A stretch of DNA of 63,881 nucleotides, counting the filler, from Lenisia limosa (lineage: Eukaryota; Protista; Breviatea): NCBI GenBank assembly GCA_001655205.1. It is 12 parts of 12 records of this genome, joined end to end, with 100 filler letters (N's around TTAATTAATTAA, not from the genome) between each part and the next. Parts side by side here need not be neighbours in the genome. Positions count along the whole stretch, not along the records: positions 10,567 to 29,574 come from LPNZ01006284.1; 11 more parts are not named here. The stretch is one strand, 5' to 3'. Below, in pieces: positions 13,501 through 26,600 of this stretch. Position 1 is the stretch's first letter. Every line of letters starts with the position of its first letter. The notes beneath the pieces were generated by a model. The model did no database searches and was not told the origin of the DNA. It saw nothing but the letters and a program-made list of their open reading frames with translations. A program made the position numbers and the translations under genes.

Positions 13501-16230
13501 TTTGAGCGTTCTTTCTGCCCTTGTGGTCACGTGTGTAGCCTCAGTACCGCTGTCCTTCACACCACCACCACGTACCGCCGGCCTGGTTGCCGACCTCCTC
13601 ACCTCTGTCGAGCTGCTCAAGTCCGACCAGGAGGACATTCCTGTCTGCAAACACTGGGTCTTGTTCGGATCATGCGTGTATGTGGGGGGGGGGGGGGNNN
13701 NNNNNNNNNNNNNNNNNNNNNNNNNNNNNNNNNNNNNNNNNNNNNNNNNNNNNNNNNNNNNNNNNNNNNNNNNNNNNNNNNNNTGTCGGTAAAGTCTATA
13801 AATATCGATGTTGTTTTCTGAGTAAAGTGAAGTCTATTTAATGCAACATTTCATGTTTACAGATTTGGAAAGAAGTGTCGCTTCTCGCACCCACATGTTC
13901 CCATTATTGCACCCCCTGATGAGTCTTATTCCGTTTGTGGGATTGAAGCTAGGGCTTCACTTCGGTTCGAAAAAAGACGGAATTTCTCGATAAATCCTCG
14001 AAAACTATTCGATATTTTACTGGTATTTTTCAAACCGAAGTGAAGGCCAAGTTGAATTGTCTTGATTCACCCCTCCCGCTAACCCCTGCGAGTATATCAT
14101 ACATTCTTGCTCACCTTCCCCCTCCAGAAGCACAGTGCTGAAGATCTCTTTGAGGACTTCGCGGCGCATTTCCCTGAGCATGAATTTGCCATGTTCGGGT
14201 CCCGCATTTGCAAGTGGGGGGGGGTGGTCGTTTCCTTATATTCTGTAAGTGCTGTACCCCTCCGTGACACATCAGACTGCACACCCCCGGTAGCGACCTT
14301 GACGCCTGTCTTGTCACTGACCCATCTCTGCCCGAGGTCCTGGCATCCGAGAAGGCTAGGCTACTCATCAAGTACGCCCGGGCTGGGTCAATCCCCGGAC
14401 CGATTAAATATTCAGTCAATCCTTGTTTTTTTATATTCGGATGTTTTTTTTTTTTTTGCAAAATAACCGGAATTGTCGGCATACACGGATAATACATGAT
14501 ACAAATACAGCAGTAAGGAAGGAAACGTAGAATGCCCCCTATTTTGAGTCATTTGCGCTGTCCAGTCACAATACAGTTTGTGCGAGAAGGTGAAGAACAC
14601 CAAGTTCCCAAAGGACTTCACCATTTCTATTGTGCGCTACCCCAAGGAGTTCATCATGGTGCCTGTTATGACTCTGCTCTTCTCAGCTGACAAGGTTTGT
14701 TTTGGGCTCTCCGCAGAATCGTAGATCATATTATATTATCATAGAAACACATAATATATCATATGTACATGTATATGTAGCTAAAAAAATACATGTAGAA
14801 AAAACACCCAGTTTCATGATTCGGGTGAATATACAGGGGCAGTTTCATGATTCGGGTGAATGTACAGGGGTTTTATTTGCAAATTTGAGCGAATGGAGTT
14901 GAGTTTTGGATTTCCATCGCATAACCCTCAAGTGGACACCATGAACCAATTACCCCCACGTTTCGTAATGGTGTGATTCTTTGAGTTCCATGTTTCGTAA
15001 AAGTTTAATTATTTGAGTTCCATGTTCCGTAACAGTTTGATTCTTTGATTTCCATGTTTCGTAACAGTTTGATTCTTTGAGTTTTCTTCTCATATTTCCC
15101 TTTCACCTTCGCAGATGTCCTTCCAAGTCGATATTTCTGTCAACAACCACGAAGGCATTCACACCACTCGCTTCCTCAAAGACATTGTCAACCTCCACCC
15201 TGCCATCCACTCCTACCTGTTCTCCATCAAGCTCTTCGCCTCCAGCGTGGGTTCCTTTGGTCAAGAAATTTCAATAATTGTACACTTTTACCGATCACAT
15301 TATGTTGTTCGATATCAGTTCTCTTTAGTATTCTAAAATACTAGCATTTGTTCATTATAATGCAATTACATATGGTGGAATTTATCTGACGATGTAGCGA
15401 GGTATGACGGACGCTGCTGGACACTGGCAGTCCGCAACGGCATGGTACTACATGGCCATCCATGTCTTGATTCATGTGGGGAAAAGGGGGGTATAAACTG
15501 AACATTTGATGCACTGATAGCTTTTTTCTCATCACCAGTCCAACTACATCACTGTTGTTGATGAGGAGAACGAGGGTGACAACGGACCACATTTCAAGCT
15601 CGGCTCCAAGCCCATCGACTCACAACCGCCCTCTCTCGGGACCTTCAGAGGCTACTACAAGGTGAATGGTGATTCGCTGAAGATAGCGCCTTTTTCTTAT
15701 TCTTCTCTTTGAATGTTTATAACTTCTTTTTTTTTTGAAAGTTATTAACTGGTTGTAGAACTTCCACTTCCCTGCCTTTGCTATTGCGATCCACACAAAT
15801 GAACTGCTTAACAAGGTGGGCCTCTTTCATTGGCGATTGGAGGGCAACAGAATTATAAGGGGTACATAGGACCTTCAGTCCTTCAATTATTAAATGAATT
15901 TATTTAGTCCTTCAATTATTAAATGAATTTATTTAGTCTTTCAATTACTCCCTAATTAACCCTATTAGCCCTTCGACGACACAGGCGCCAGTGTGCTTAT
16001 CCTGCGGGCCTTCAAGCCTTGTGGGCGTGGGGGATGCTGATGTTTTAGTTCAATAGGGATGGCCATGCATTTCTCTCTTGAGTTTTTGCAGTCTTATCTT
16101 ATTTCGTGTAATATTCGTTTCTATCAAAATTCATGAGTTTCGCTTGAGACGTTCTCTATCTAACGTCATGTAGACCCCCGTCTGAACAGATCCCTTCAAC
16201 AGTCCAAGGCCACTAAGCTTGTCGGGTCAA
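10595..16230 (+). CDS. Ankyrin-repeat + CCCH zinc finger + TUTase/ncPAP-type nucleotidyltransferase (5'-truncated, 3' end uncertain)
   Basis: About 6 ankyrin repeats (GLNGLHASVKHNAPKCL, ETALHEAILGDHVDACNLLIKEGAELN, RTPLAMACERNRFECAKSLLEAGARVD); CCCH motif CKHWVLFGSCVFGKKCRFSH; phase-0 intron 13933-14127 joins to KHSAEDLF...FGSRICK|LHTPGSDLD (GS-x9-SDLD) and later QVDISVNNHEG. Confidence 0.8.
13950..14050. mobile_element. ~100-bp MITE family A copy (intronic)
   Basis: TIR TAGGGCTTCACTTCGGTTCGAAAAAAGAC and its complement; flanks ATTGAAGC/GTTGAATT (5/8). Confidence 0.85.
14800..15085. repeat. Intronic minisatellites: 30-bp x2 and ~33-bp x4
   Basis: CAGTTTCATGATTCGGGTGAATRTACAGGGG twice; CATGTTTCGTAACAGTTTGATTCTTTGAGTTC about 4 times. 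Confidence 0.85.
15875..15950. repeat. Intronic ~30-bp tandem repeat x2.5
   Basis: AGTCCTTCAATTATTAAATGAATTTATTT repeated. Confidence 0.85.
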
Positions 16231-16629
16231 TTGTAAACGCCATGTAGGATGTATCATAGAGTTAGAGGATGTATTGTTTTGAGAGTTAATATGCATGTAA
16301 GAGATTGTTGGGTAAATTGATTGAGGAATTAGTAATCAACAAAAAAAAAGNNNNNNNNNNNNNNNNNNNNNNNNNNNNNNNNNNNNNNNNNNNNNNNNNN
16401 NNNNNNNNNNNNNNNNNNNNNNNNNNNNNNNNNNNNNNNNNNNNNNNNNNNNNNNNNNNNNNNNNNNNNNNNNNNNNNNNNNNNNNNAGAGGTTTTCATC
16501 AGGTAATTGTCATTTGTGGTGCTCTAGTACTCCTTGACTCAACTCACAATACATATTTCAAAATAATACTATTCTACTTTCTTCTGATTAAGTTGATCTC
16601 CTTGGCCTTGGTTTTGGGCTGTTCATAGT

Positions 16630-19600
16630 TGATCAAGCTCTAAAGTTGGTCAGCGCTGATGAAAAGGAGGTCAGTCAGCTACAATCGAAAACTCATTCCA
16701 ATTGTATTTTCTCTTGAAAATAAGTCAGCGAGAAAAGAAGGTGGTTTTATAGATTAGAGATATAATATCATCAGGAATAGTTTACAATCTGACTAGCGTA
16801 CGCCCTTGATACACTTTGGTTGGGAGTTGGAGGAGTAAAGATGATAACACCGCAAACCTTTTCCGTTACACAACGAGCGTTTTGACCTGAAGGGTCGGGT
16901 ACAACTCCAATAACTTTTGTGTGTCTGTCCTGTGAAAAGCGAATCCTGAGATGACACATTCATGTAAAACCTGACATGCTCTTACGTTCCAAATTTGAGT
17001 ACATGTGTCAGGTCAGGCAGATCTGCAGACACCCATCCAATTCCCTGAGGTGTCAATATGGCTGCAATACTTGGGCCTTTCATCTTCAATCAGTTGGGGG
17101 GGGGGGGGGNNNNNNNNNNNNNNNNNNNNNNNNNNNNNNNNNNNNNNNNNNNNNNNNNNNNNNNNNNNNNNNNNNNNNCCGTATTTAGTGCCAAAGTGAT
17201 CTAAAAAAAAGCGCTTACAGTTCCAATAACAAGCAGGTTGGTGGATTGGGGGATGTGGAGGGAAGTGACCCCGCTTCCAAGCTGGAATTGCTTGATTGGG
17301 TTAATGATTGATTTTGCAATATCTTGGTTCAAGAAATCGTCCTTCCAACCTTAGTCACTTTGTGGTTTGTTAAATCAACAACACACAAGTGTCCCATTTT
17401 GTCACCAGTGATTAACGTGTTGCTGAGGATGTTAGTGGAGGTTGGATATTTGGCAAAAAAAGGCAACGGGTACCATTTGTCAGTTCAACTTCTCTATGGC
17501 ATTTTAGGCATGATGCATTTCGAGTCGTGGATATGCTTTAATTTATTTAAGCCCAAAGGTCGGCACTGATTATTGCATACCGGTTGAGGGTGAGCGCCAT
17601 CGCTACGATTTCAGATACATGAGGAAGGGACATATTTCCGAGACAGGTCTGATGGGATGAAATGGAAATGAAACACCGATGATGGCAAATGCTGCGAGAA
17701 TACTGAGATCCGAGACATTCCAAAAAATCTTCGATCATACTGTATGAAATAAACTGCACGGAGTACATCGTATGTGCCTTTATTATTCAGAAACCCCAAT
17801 ACATGAGTTGCAATGTCCCAAATGAAGATAGTTGACTCCTCATTCTGGAAGGTCGCAATAACCTGAGCGTAAAAAGGGCACCAATAAACAACCCATGTCG
17901 TTTTTTACAATAATAGAACTCTTGTCAATTGCCTTGGTGAAATCTCAGCCTACCAGTGTTCCAAGGCAAATGCTTGCAACTGAGCAGGTGATAGAAGCAG
18001 CAAAATCCGACGTGTCAACCTGTACTGTAAAATCCATGTTGCGATCTTTCACATTGACCTGAAAAATATTGTACATGTCTTTTTCGGACGGAGTGACACC
18101 ATGTACAACGGTATGAGTATTTATTTTAAATTGCTGGTATTCTTGTTTCAAACAAACACGTATGTACCTCGAATAGAACCTTGCCCTTCTCGACGTCAAC
18201 GAAAGACCATGAGCCGTCGGATACAGCCACAACCGCGGTTTTGCCGTTACGTGCGAATGAGAAGCCTTTAATTCGTCCACTTGGTATTTTCACACTGTTC
18301 TTGACAGCGAACATGTTCTATCAAGAGTGAGAGTGATGAGGGCAACATATTCAAGTATGACAATTATTCTCACCAAGAATGATTATAACATACTAGAAAA
18401 TTGTGTTTGAAGGAGAGTTACAAGGTCAAATAAAACAATCCTACATTCCTGTAATGATAGAAGGTGATTTTTGATTCAGCATCAATCACAGCGAAAAGGT
18501 CGCAATTAGCAGCAACTATCATGTCCACCTTGGCGGGGTGTGCAGGAAGTCGTTGGGGGATCTAATAATCAGAGTGAATAACAAGGTCATACGCAACATG
18601 ATATCATCTTTATTCTGTTGTTTGGAGCTATGTGTATATTCCAGATGTAATTTAATGTATATGATCGTAGCTTTACCACATAACGTACTACATGGTTTAC
18701 TCGCTATAACGAGTGATATCTATTGAGACTTATTCCATGATTGTTTATTGTTTGGAACCAAATTGACGTTCTCATCATATTGGGATAGTATCAACAATGT
18801 GAGACTCCGCCTACCACTAACGTGGACGTTTGGATCAATACAAGGTTGCCGAATGTTGTGGCAACGACAGCATGGTCGGAGTCTAAGAACGCTACGGCTG
18901 CAACTGGCCCTCCAATTTTCTGGATTATAAGCAAGGGTATGACCAAATCTGGATTGTGTCGCAAGAGGAAGTTTGAGAGTGGTTTATGATGTACCAACTC
19001 CACTTATCATGATATGGGCTTTCCTGCGGTCAAAAAAAGAGTGATTTCTGGATAAATCCTCGATAAATATCAATTTCGGAAATTAGGGAAGCCCTAATAA
19101 TGATAATCATTCACCTTTCGCTCCAAAACTAATATACCGTGATGATAACGCAGCTTACTGGAAGAGCGAACGAGTTTTTTGCGAATATTTTGGTGATATC
19201 GCATCGTACAAGTTCATCATCGCCATCATCATCATCAGAGTCCCTGGAAGGTGAATGTTTCTCTCTAAGAATTAAAGTGATATGTAGCATTGTGAGAAAA
19301 ATAGAAACGACAATTGTTTGATGAACAGCAAAGTGTTCCTAATTCATTGACTAAAAATAAATGAAAATAGAAAAAGCTGTTTCAATTCAAAAGTTCTAAC
19401 TTGAAGAGAATGTTGAGAGATTCTTTTTCCAAAAAACGACAAAATTGATTGGATTCCTTGATTTTACAATTTATTTGGTAATAATGACCCCTTTACTCCA
19501 TGCTTTCCAGTGGGATCAGAGGACCTTCTTTTGGAGGTACAATGTTTTCATAGGCAGACAAATTCCTGTTGAATAACGCTTCATTCAACAACTAATACTT

Positions 19601-20140
19601 GATTTACTTCAGTTAAGGCTGCAACTTATTAAAAGATCCACATATCAAGTCTATCCATATGACGATTATTGTCGTACAATTAATTTTAGAAGTAGGGTGT
19701 TCCAACTTATTTGTTGTGTGAACCTACTCTATTGCCTGGTCCCTTTCACGAATCAATTTGGCTACCACCCTTCCGGAACTCTCTTGTTGTGTCTTAAGAT
19801 TTTCTAAATCCTAAATTATGTGAATACTATTTTCAATTCAAAGACATTGATTTCATGATAACTCTTGACCTTACCTTAAGGGCATTTTGCAGCTTTGCTT
19901 CTAAGTCAATATTCTTCTGGACAACAGTCTGAAGATGTCATCATTGTCTAATATCCTCTATCAAGTTGAGATTTACATGCTGATAGTCTATCTCCCCAAT
20001 TGTACTTCAGTTGTAGTGACCTTGAACAATCGTTAGGTTATTTGCAATGCCCATCCAGTTGTCACCCATTATCACATACCTCATATCTCTTTTGTGCTTC
20101 AAGGAATATATCCTCCATTTCTACGATATTGGGATGGATG
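16630..20140 (-). CDS. WD40/beta-propeller-like protein, possibly with an N-terminal coiled coil
   Basis: Exons with beta-strand/WD-like pattern: VAAVAFLDSDHAVVATTFGNLVLIQT, AKVDMIVAANCDLFAVIDAESKITFYHY, IKGFSFARNGKTAVVAVSDGSWSFVDVEKG, EESTIFIWDIATH; upstream helical exons KNIDLEAKLQNALK and MEDIFLEAQKRYE; joining of 19490-20140 to the rest is unproven. Confidence 0.5.
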
Positions 20141-20420
20141 GCTTGCAAGAAGAGGGACGATACTAACGGAAAGGAAAAGCAAAACGGGGCAAATGGGGGT
20201 TTTCACAACAGGCAACTTGGTAATTACAATATGTTATTGTTGTAGTAGTGTTGCATGGAGATGGTGTCATAAAACACTGTTGGATGCAAGCTGAATGAGA
20301 AGCCCTAAGCCAAAAATTCCTAATAAGGCAAGTTTCGGGGGAATGACTGTTTTAAATTCCACTTCTAGTAGTTGAGATTACGGCGCTATTATCTGTCCGA
20401 CCACTATTTATTTCTGGCAC

Positions 20421-20477
20421 TTCCCCGAGCCGGGCCTTTCAAAGACTTGGACTGGACCCACGGTTGGACCGGGGAAG
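20421..20477. mobile_element. 57-bp miniature element, copy 2, flanked by direct repeat TCTGGCAC
   Basis: TCTGGCAC at 20413-20420 and 20478-20485; termini (C)TTCCCCG...CGGGGAAG are inverted repeats. Confidence 0.8.
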
Positions 20478-20769
20478 TCTGGCACCAACCGTTCAGTGTT
20501 GATACTGTAGATTTCGTCTCTATTTTCTTCTCTCGGCAAACTCCATTTCAAAATTATAACTTGCAAATATTCTCGAAAGATCATACAGTATTTTGAGATA
20601 GTTTGTTGGTTGAATTTCATTCAGTATCGTATATAAAGGTAAATACTTAGTATATTACTTATCAATAATATGTGTATATTGTGGTAACAATTTCAATGCG
20701 TAACCCGAGTTTGAAATTGACAATTGACCATTAAAAGAAACACAGCTAATACAAATAGAAAAACGACAC

Positions 20770-22500
20770 CATGAACAATATGATGGCTACTCAAGCCCGG
20801 ATATAAACGTCACAGAAGACACCAGAATAGCCACAGCTTCCAGAACCACGGATGTTGACAGCAGTGGGCTCAGCGAAAGGGGCTGAAAGGTCAAAAACAG
20901 CTACTCAAAATACTGTCTGAGAAGTGGTACTCTTCAACGGCTACAATGCAACAAAAGATGAAAAGCTCCAATACTACACGTCGGGTCCATGGAGAGCATT
21001 CATACCGATGACTGCAAGCAGGAATATGCCACAGAGAAGACCAGGACTATGGAGAGCGCGTGCCGAGAGGCGGGGTGCTGTGGGGTCACAGGGATAAATA
21101 TCAACTTCCATCAGACTGAAGCACCATCACCGTTTAGAGGACGCGATTCGGTCTTCATACGAATTACACCATAATACCTCCATGAACTGCAGAATGTTGG
21201 AATAGAACTTTGGAGAGTCACCAAAAACGTTTTTGTCACCATCTGCTTCAGACTCAATGAGCATAAACACTCCGCTATAGACCTGAGGGATGGGTGAAAA
21301 TAAACTTCAAAGAAAAATTCATTCAAATATGGAAAAGCAGTCTTCATTTACCCAGTACCCCATTTGATAGTGTTTTTTACACCGTTTTTGATACTGCAGG
21401 AATGCTCTCAGAACAGTTAAATAAGGTACATATTTGCGTATAACTCAAAATAAATATATCAGATAGTAAGTTTATCATAGTATATCTAATTAATAATCTC
21501 TTTTTTAGAATGCAGTGAAGCCGCAGCCGTCCCAGCTCACCACCAGGGAGATGAAGATCATGGCGGACCGAGTCCATGATATGGCTTGTGACAGATACGA
21601 AGCAGTGTTCAGTACTTCGAAGATCATTCCAACATATGGTAAACTAAATGCTGAGAAGTGCAGTTCAATGATATTGACTTTCATCGTAACGAAAAAAGCA
21701 ATATGAATGAAAAGTATGAAATTCTGACACATAAATCAATGAATATGAAAATCTGATAATAAAAATTCTGGGAATATAAAAAGTGTTTTTTAAAAAAACA
21801 AGACTCGCACCCAGAATGTCGATGCATATCTTGCTTTTACAGTCATAATAACGACCTCTAAGCAATACAGCAAGAATAAAACAATCTTTGTTCTCATTTT
21901 GAACATATTTCCAGCCCCACTTTGATACGATAGACCTCTCAATGATGGATTTATCCGGGACATGCGCCACCGCCACCCTAAATGGTAAATCGCTTGAGGA
22001 CTTTTGGTTCCGTTAAAAGACTTGGTTCCTCCATAGATCGCAGAAAATCACCAATACACCATGTCTTACCAGAGGAAGAAAGCTGCTAAAGCATGTGGAA
22101 CTATTGCATCAGTGATGACACCTTGGAGGTCAACAGTTTTATTCTCAGAGCATTATTGGGTTATTCTCAGAGCATTATTGGCATTTGTAGGTCAATTAAA
22201 ACATGTGTTATAGTACAAAAAACAAGAGTGAAACTGAATGGACGTGACATGGCCATAATCCACAACGCACCATCATTGGACCTGATCACCCCCCAAATGG
22301 ACCAAAGAGTGACACAACAGAGCACTGTGGCTGCAACCGTGATGGCTGTGTTCAGAGAATCACTCGTGAAAATCTGGACTCTAGTGGGTCAGACAAAACC
22401 CATTCCAAGATTTTAAAGGTAATATTCTGATGTCAAAACATCCACCTAAGCAAATAAGTTCAGAAAACCCCGCTCCTACTGGAAAACAATGAACATAATA
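20770..22500 (+). CDS. Hypothetical spliced gene
   Basis: One clear AG/GT-bounded exon 21517-21639 (KPQPSQLTTREMKIMADRVHDMACDRYEAVFSTSKIIPTY); other exons ambiguous. Confidence 0.35.
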
Positions 22501-22562
22501 AGGGCCACAAATGACGTCACCAAAATACTAACCTAAGTTGTCAGAAAGGGAATTGTTGTGTC

Positions 22563-23340
22563 TCAGTAAATCCTTGAAATATTACTCGGACAACGACCAA
22601 TATAATTCATAGTATGGAGGAATATGATACTATGACCCACTTTAGCTTCGGTCTCATGAGTGACAACACGTTCCGCAAGTTGTGATGAGAAGAAACACAC
22701 CACTTCCACCAAGAAGACCCCCTCAACAATGCACAGCAGTGTGCCTGGACAATAGTGAGAAGCAACGGTCCGTTTTTTAATTTTGAAAATTATCTCCCAA
22801 TGAAAGCTGATCACACGGTGTTGGTAATAAATCATTAAGAGCAAAACAACAGTGGGATGTAAACGCTACATGGCCAACCGATCCAGCCGATAGAGAACGC
22901 CGACACAGTAGCCACCATTCCTGGCAGCATAGAAACCAGGGAAAGGGCCATTGATATCGAAACTACGGCTGATCCCGCTGTGAACACCATACTGTCCTGT
23001 GGAACGTAAAAGGAACAAATAAGAAACAACAAATTCTAGATGTGTGATATATTTTCTGTTCAACAAAAACATGGGAAAACATTTCTTTTATTGTGTAAGA
23101 TGACCAAAATAAGCCACAAGAAAGGATGGCCAAGATTACCACCCGAAGCCAGCCAACCAATACGGGTACAATAACAAGGGTGACTGCCATCAGAATGTGG
23201 TAAACCACCAGCATGATCACTGCATATCCAATTGCCTCGGGCGAAGTCGCCGCCGCCACTAACAGAAGGATAACTTCAAAACCCAATAGAAGAATATTGA
23301 GCATAGAGTTGAGAGGGGAGAGCCCCAGAAGGAACAACAT
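22563..23340 (-). CDS. Uncharacterised multi-pass membrane protein
   Basis: Three exons with long hydrophobic stretches (LNILLLGFEVILLLVAAA, IGYAVIMLVVYHILMAVTLVIVPVLVGW, AVVSISMALSLVSMLPGMVATVSAFSIGWIGW, TLLCIVEGVFLVEVVCFF). Confidence 0.65.
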
Positions 23341-23658
23341 GATCGACCTCTACTGAACTACTCAATGCGTGAAAAACTATCTACCCTTTTTCAATAGATT
23401 TAACTAGGAATATACAATTAGTTGCAATGGAAGAGGGCTTGAAGAGGGCAATGCAAGAGAGGAAGAAGGGGCCTAAATTTATATATAGTTTTTTTTTCTG
23501 GGGATTCAAATGTAACATGTCGCCTTTTAACAGTGACTGGCTCTCTTTAGATGCCTTTTAGCGAGAATAGGTAATAAATAGGTTTAGTGAGATAAATTAG
23601 GGAACTGTGAACTTCTTTGGACGAGTAATCCTAGATCTCATAATCCCTAGGAAATATA

Positions 23659-26600
23659 ATGGTTGAAGTTGGCAGTCGAGTGGGAGTAGATGGTGCTTGT
23701 GCAACAGTTTGTTATGTTGGCGAAGTAGAGGGAACAAAGCCCGGAGTCTGGATCGGCCTGCAGTGGGACGATCCCGCGTGGGTTGGGCATGGTTGACTAT
23801 CATAACCCCTCTTTTTTTTGGTATTTTTTTTTTTCCATCCCTTTGGAAATATATAGATTTTATTGATCAGTTTTATTCATATTATAAATTAAGTCAATAA
23901 TTGGTTTGAAGCACAACTCATCCATGTGAATAGCCGAGGCAAGAACGATGGAAGTGTCAAAGGAAAACGCTACTTTTCTGTGGACTCCCCAACAGTGAGA
24001 TTTGATTTGATTTGCATGAGCTAATTTTTGTTGTGGTTGCTTCTTGTTATGAACTCAGTTTTTTTTTTATTGAGCGCAACACTACATCTGTGCAAAATCA
24101 TTGAGTGAATGAAAATATCTTTGATAACTGTGGATGCCTTCAATCAGACCCAACCTTTTATCATGTCTTAACACACCAGGGTGCATCGTTTGTACGTCCG
24201 GCCAAGCTGACTCCCACAATGTCTCTTGAAGACGCCATCAGGAGCCGCTACCTGCAAACCTTCGACTTTGGTAGGGCGGCGATGAGGAAATTATTTGGTC
24301 TGAGCGGACAGTATGATATAAACTCGAGTTAAACATGTACATGGAGATACTCTAAGTAAACAAATCAAGTCACGTACTTTATTGTCGAAACGGTTATAGC
24401 AATAAAATTGATGCCTGCGATTTGAATTTTTACGTTACCCTGTAGATAGTGACAAAGACTCGACGTACACATCATTTCTGGGAGGTGACAAGACAGTTCA
24501 TGTAGAGATTGTCGGGGCTGGACGGTGAGGGGGTGGTGGTAACACTTTTGGACCCCTTTTTAACAACAATATATTTTTCTCAAAGATTCTTGGCAATTTA
24601 GTATGCGAATTGGCACATTCTCACTGCCGCAGAGCTGCGTCCTCTGATAATCTGCTGACGTTGCAACAAGTTTCGGTCTCAGCTGCCGAAGTCGGCCATG
24701 TGGCTAGCAAGGAGCAACTTGGCGAATTGGTTCCAAGTTGGGGGGGGGGGGACGAATTATTGTTTTGTGTGAAGATGGAGTGTGCAACGCTGGAGTGGGT
24801 CAGTGAGTTGTTTGTCATAACGCTGGGAGTGGCTGTTTTATGTTTATCGATAATTGCTCAGAATGTGAGCAACTAAATTTGAGGTCTTCTCTCTTCACTT
24901 CCTGGAGTGTTGTCTGCGATATTGTTGAGGCTCTCCCGAAACTGAAGCACATTATTTTGGTTAGTTATAATGCTTGGGTTTGAAAATGCCATCTTCACAT
25001 TACATGTGAATTAGGATAAACACTGGCATGGTTGAAGTACAACAGTATTCTTTAGAGTTAAGGAATAATAATATGAAGAATTAAGCTATAAGCCCTCTCA
25101 GCCTCTCACTGTTAAGCTATAAGCCCTCTCAGCCTGTCACTGTTTTAGGATGGATGCCTCCTTGAGAACCCTCCTCTTCCCGAGGACCCGCTCTTTGAAA
25201 GATGCAGGGGTAAGATGTCTTCTGACTATAATACTGTTATAGCTATCTCTTATAAGGTCGAGATACTTCTTTTTCTTGTTATATCTCCATACACTGTACA
25301 GAATTATGCATAATATGTACCAGACAGTTTTGTACACAGCGGTGTTCATAGTACCGTTGTGCACTGAGTGTAGTGTTACTCTGACCTGCTTTAGTTTGTC
25401 TGGGAAAACTGTCGATCCTCTCATTGAACCGGACGGGACTGACATGGGACATACTACACCCCATGTTAAAGTAACTTGGGATGGAATTTCACATTGATGT
25501 TGAGGCTGTACATTCTTCCACTTTTTTCTGATACTACCATGATATGACACAATAAAATGAAATTGCATCCTCAATATAAACGTGATAGTCTAGTCATCAT
25601 CAATATGATATAACGCCAACATTGTATTGTTAATAGTTCCGGCTGAACCCTTGTACTTGTTTTTTTAAGATTATAATTTTCATGTTTGTAGTTCTTTGGA
25701 CCTCAATGAGCTGTATTTATGCTTCAACGGAATCGAAAACATGGGTATGTGGTTATGGAATTTTCCTGGTATTGCCAATGTTCTTCATTTAACAGCATGC
25801 CTTTTTTGCAGTTTTACTGTTAGCTTTTTATTGGTTTTTATTGTGTTTATGCTTTGCATTGTTCAAGAAGTTTATTGACGTATTTGAAGTTTATTGCTGT
25901 AGTTGAACTTCTAGCTTATGGTTTCTATTCTTGTTTTAACTGCCAAGATCGCGAGGGAGGGTTTGCCCATCTCGAGAGACTCAACATTTCGGGTAACACA
26001 CTTCAGTGGCCGCCCAGTGCCCTTTTATCTCTAAAGTGGGGAGGGGGCTTTTCTCTTGCTTGTAGGGTGGGGAAATATTAAAGGGCGAGTAATAATCACA
26101 GCGAACAATGCACTTGAGCATTCTGATACTTTACATTCAGTCTTACCCATACTGTTCAGTTTGAAGAACCTTCATGTCAATGACTGTGGGTTAAAGACCC
26201 TTGCGTTTGCTACGGGCGGCGCTTTTGCCAATCTCTCGTCAATATCGTGTCTTGATAATGCCTTCGATACGGCTAAAGGTGGGAGGATAATAATACCCCT
26301 CTGTGGGGAAAAGAACAACTCATATCCATGAATCATCGCCATCCAAGACCCCCGCCCCCCTACTCTTACACTCGAAGATGGAGGGACCGCCTCATTGGCG
26401 TTGTATCCATCGTTGAGACGACTGCGGTACAACAGCAAGCTCTTTGACATCGAGGACGAGTTCACCACCCGGAGGATTGTCATAGCCCGTCTCCCAAAGT
26501 TGGAACTTCTCAACGGTTCTTTGGTTGGGGGGAGGAGGGTATTGTTGTGAGTTCAAATGAACTAAACTGCGCTTCAATTCAGCGGGGGAAATAGTATACA

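Noticed and set aside
20989-21300. Possible TAA/TAG-to-Gln genetic code suggested by read-through of single stops here and near 6800
   Set aside because: Conserved genes use CAA/CAG for Gln, no conserved exon needed a TAR codon, and TAG/TAA end plausible gene models
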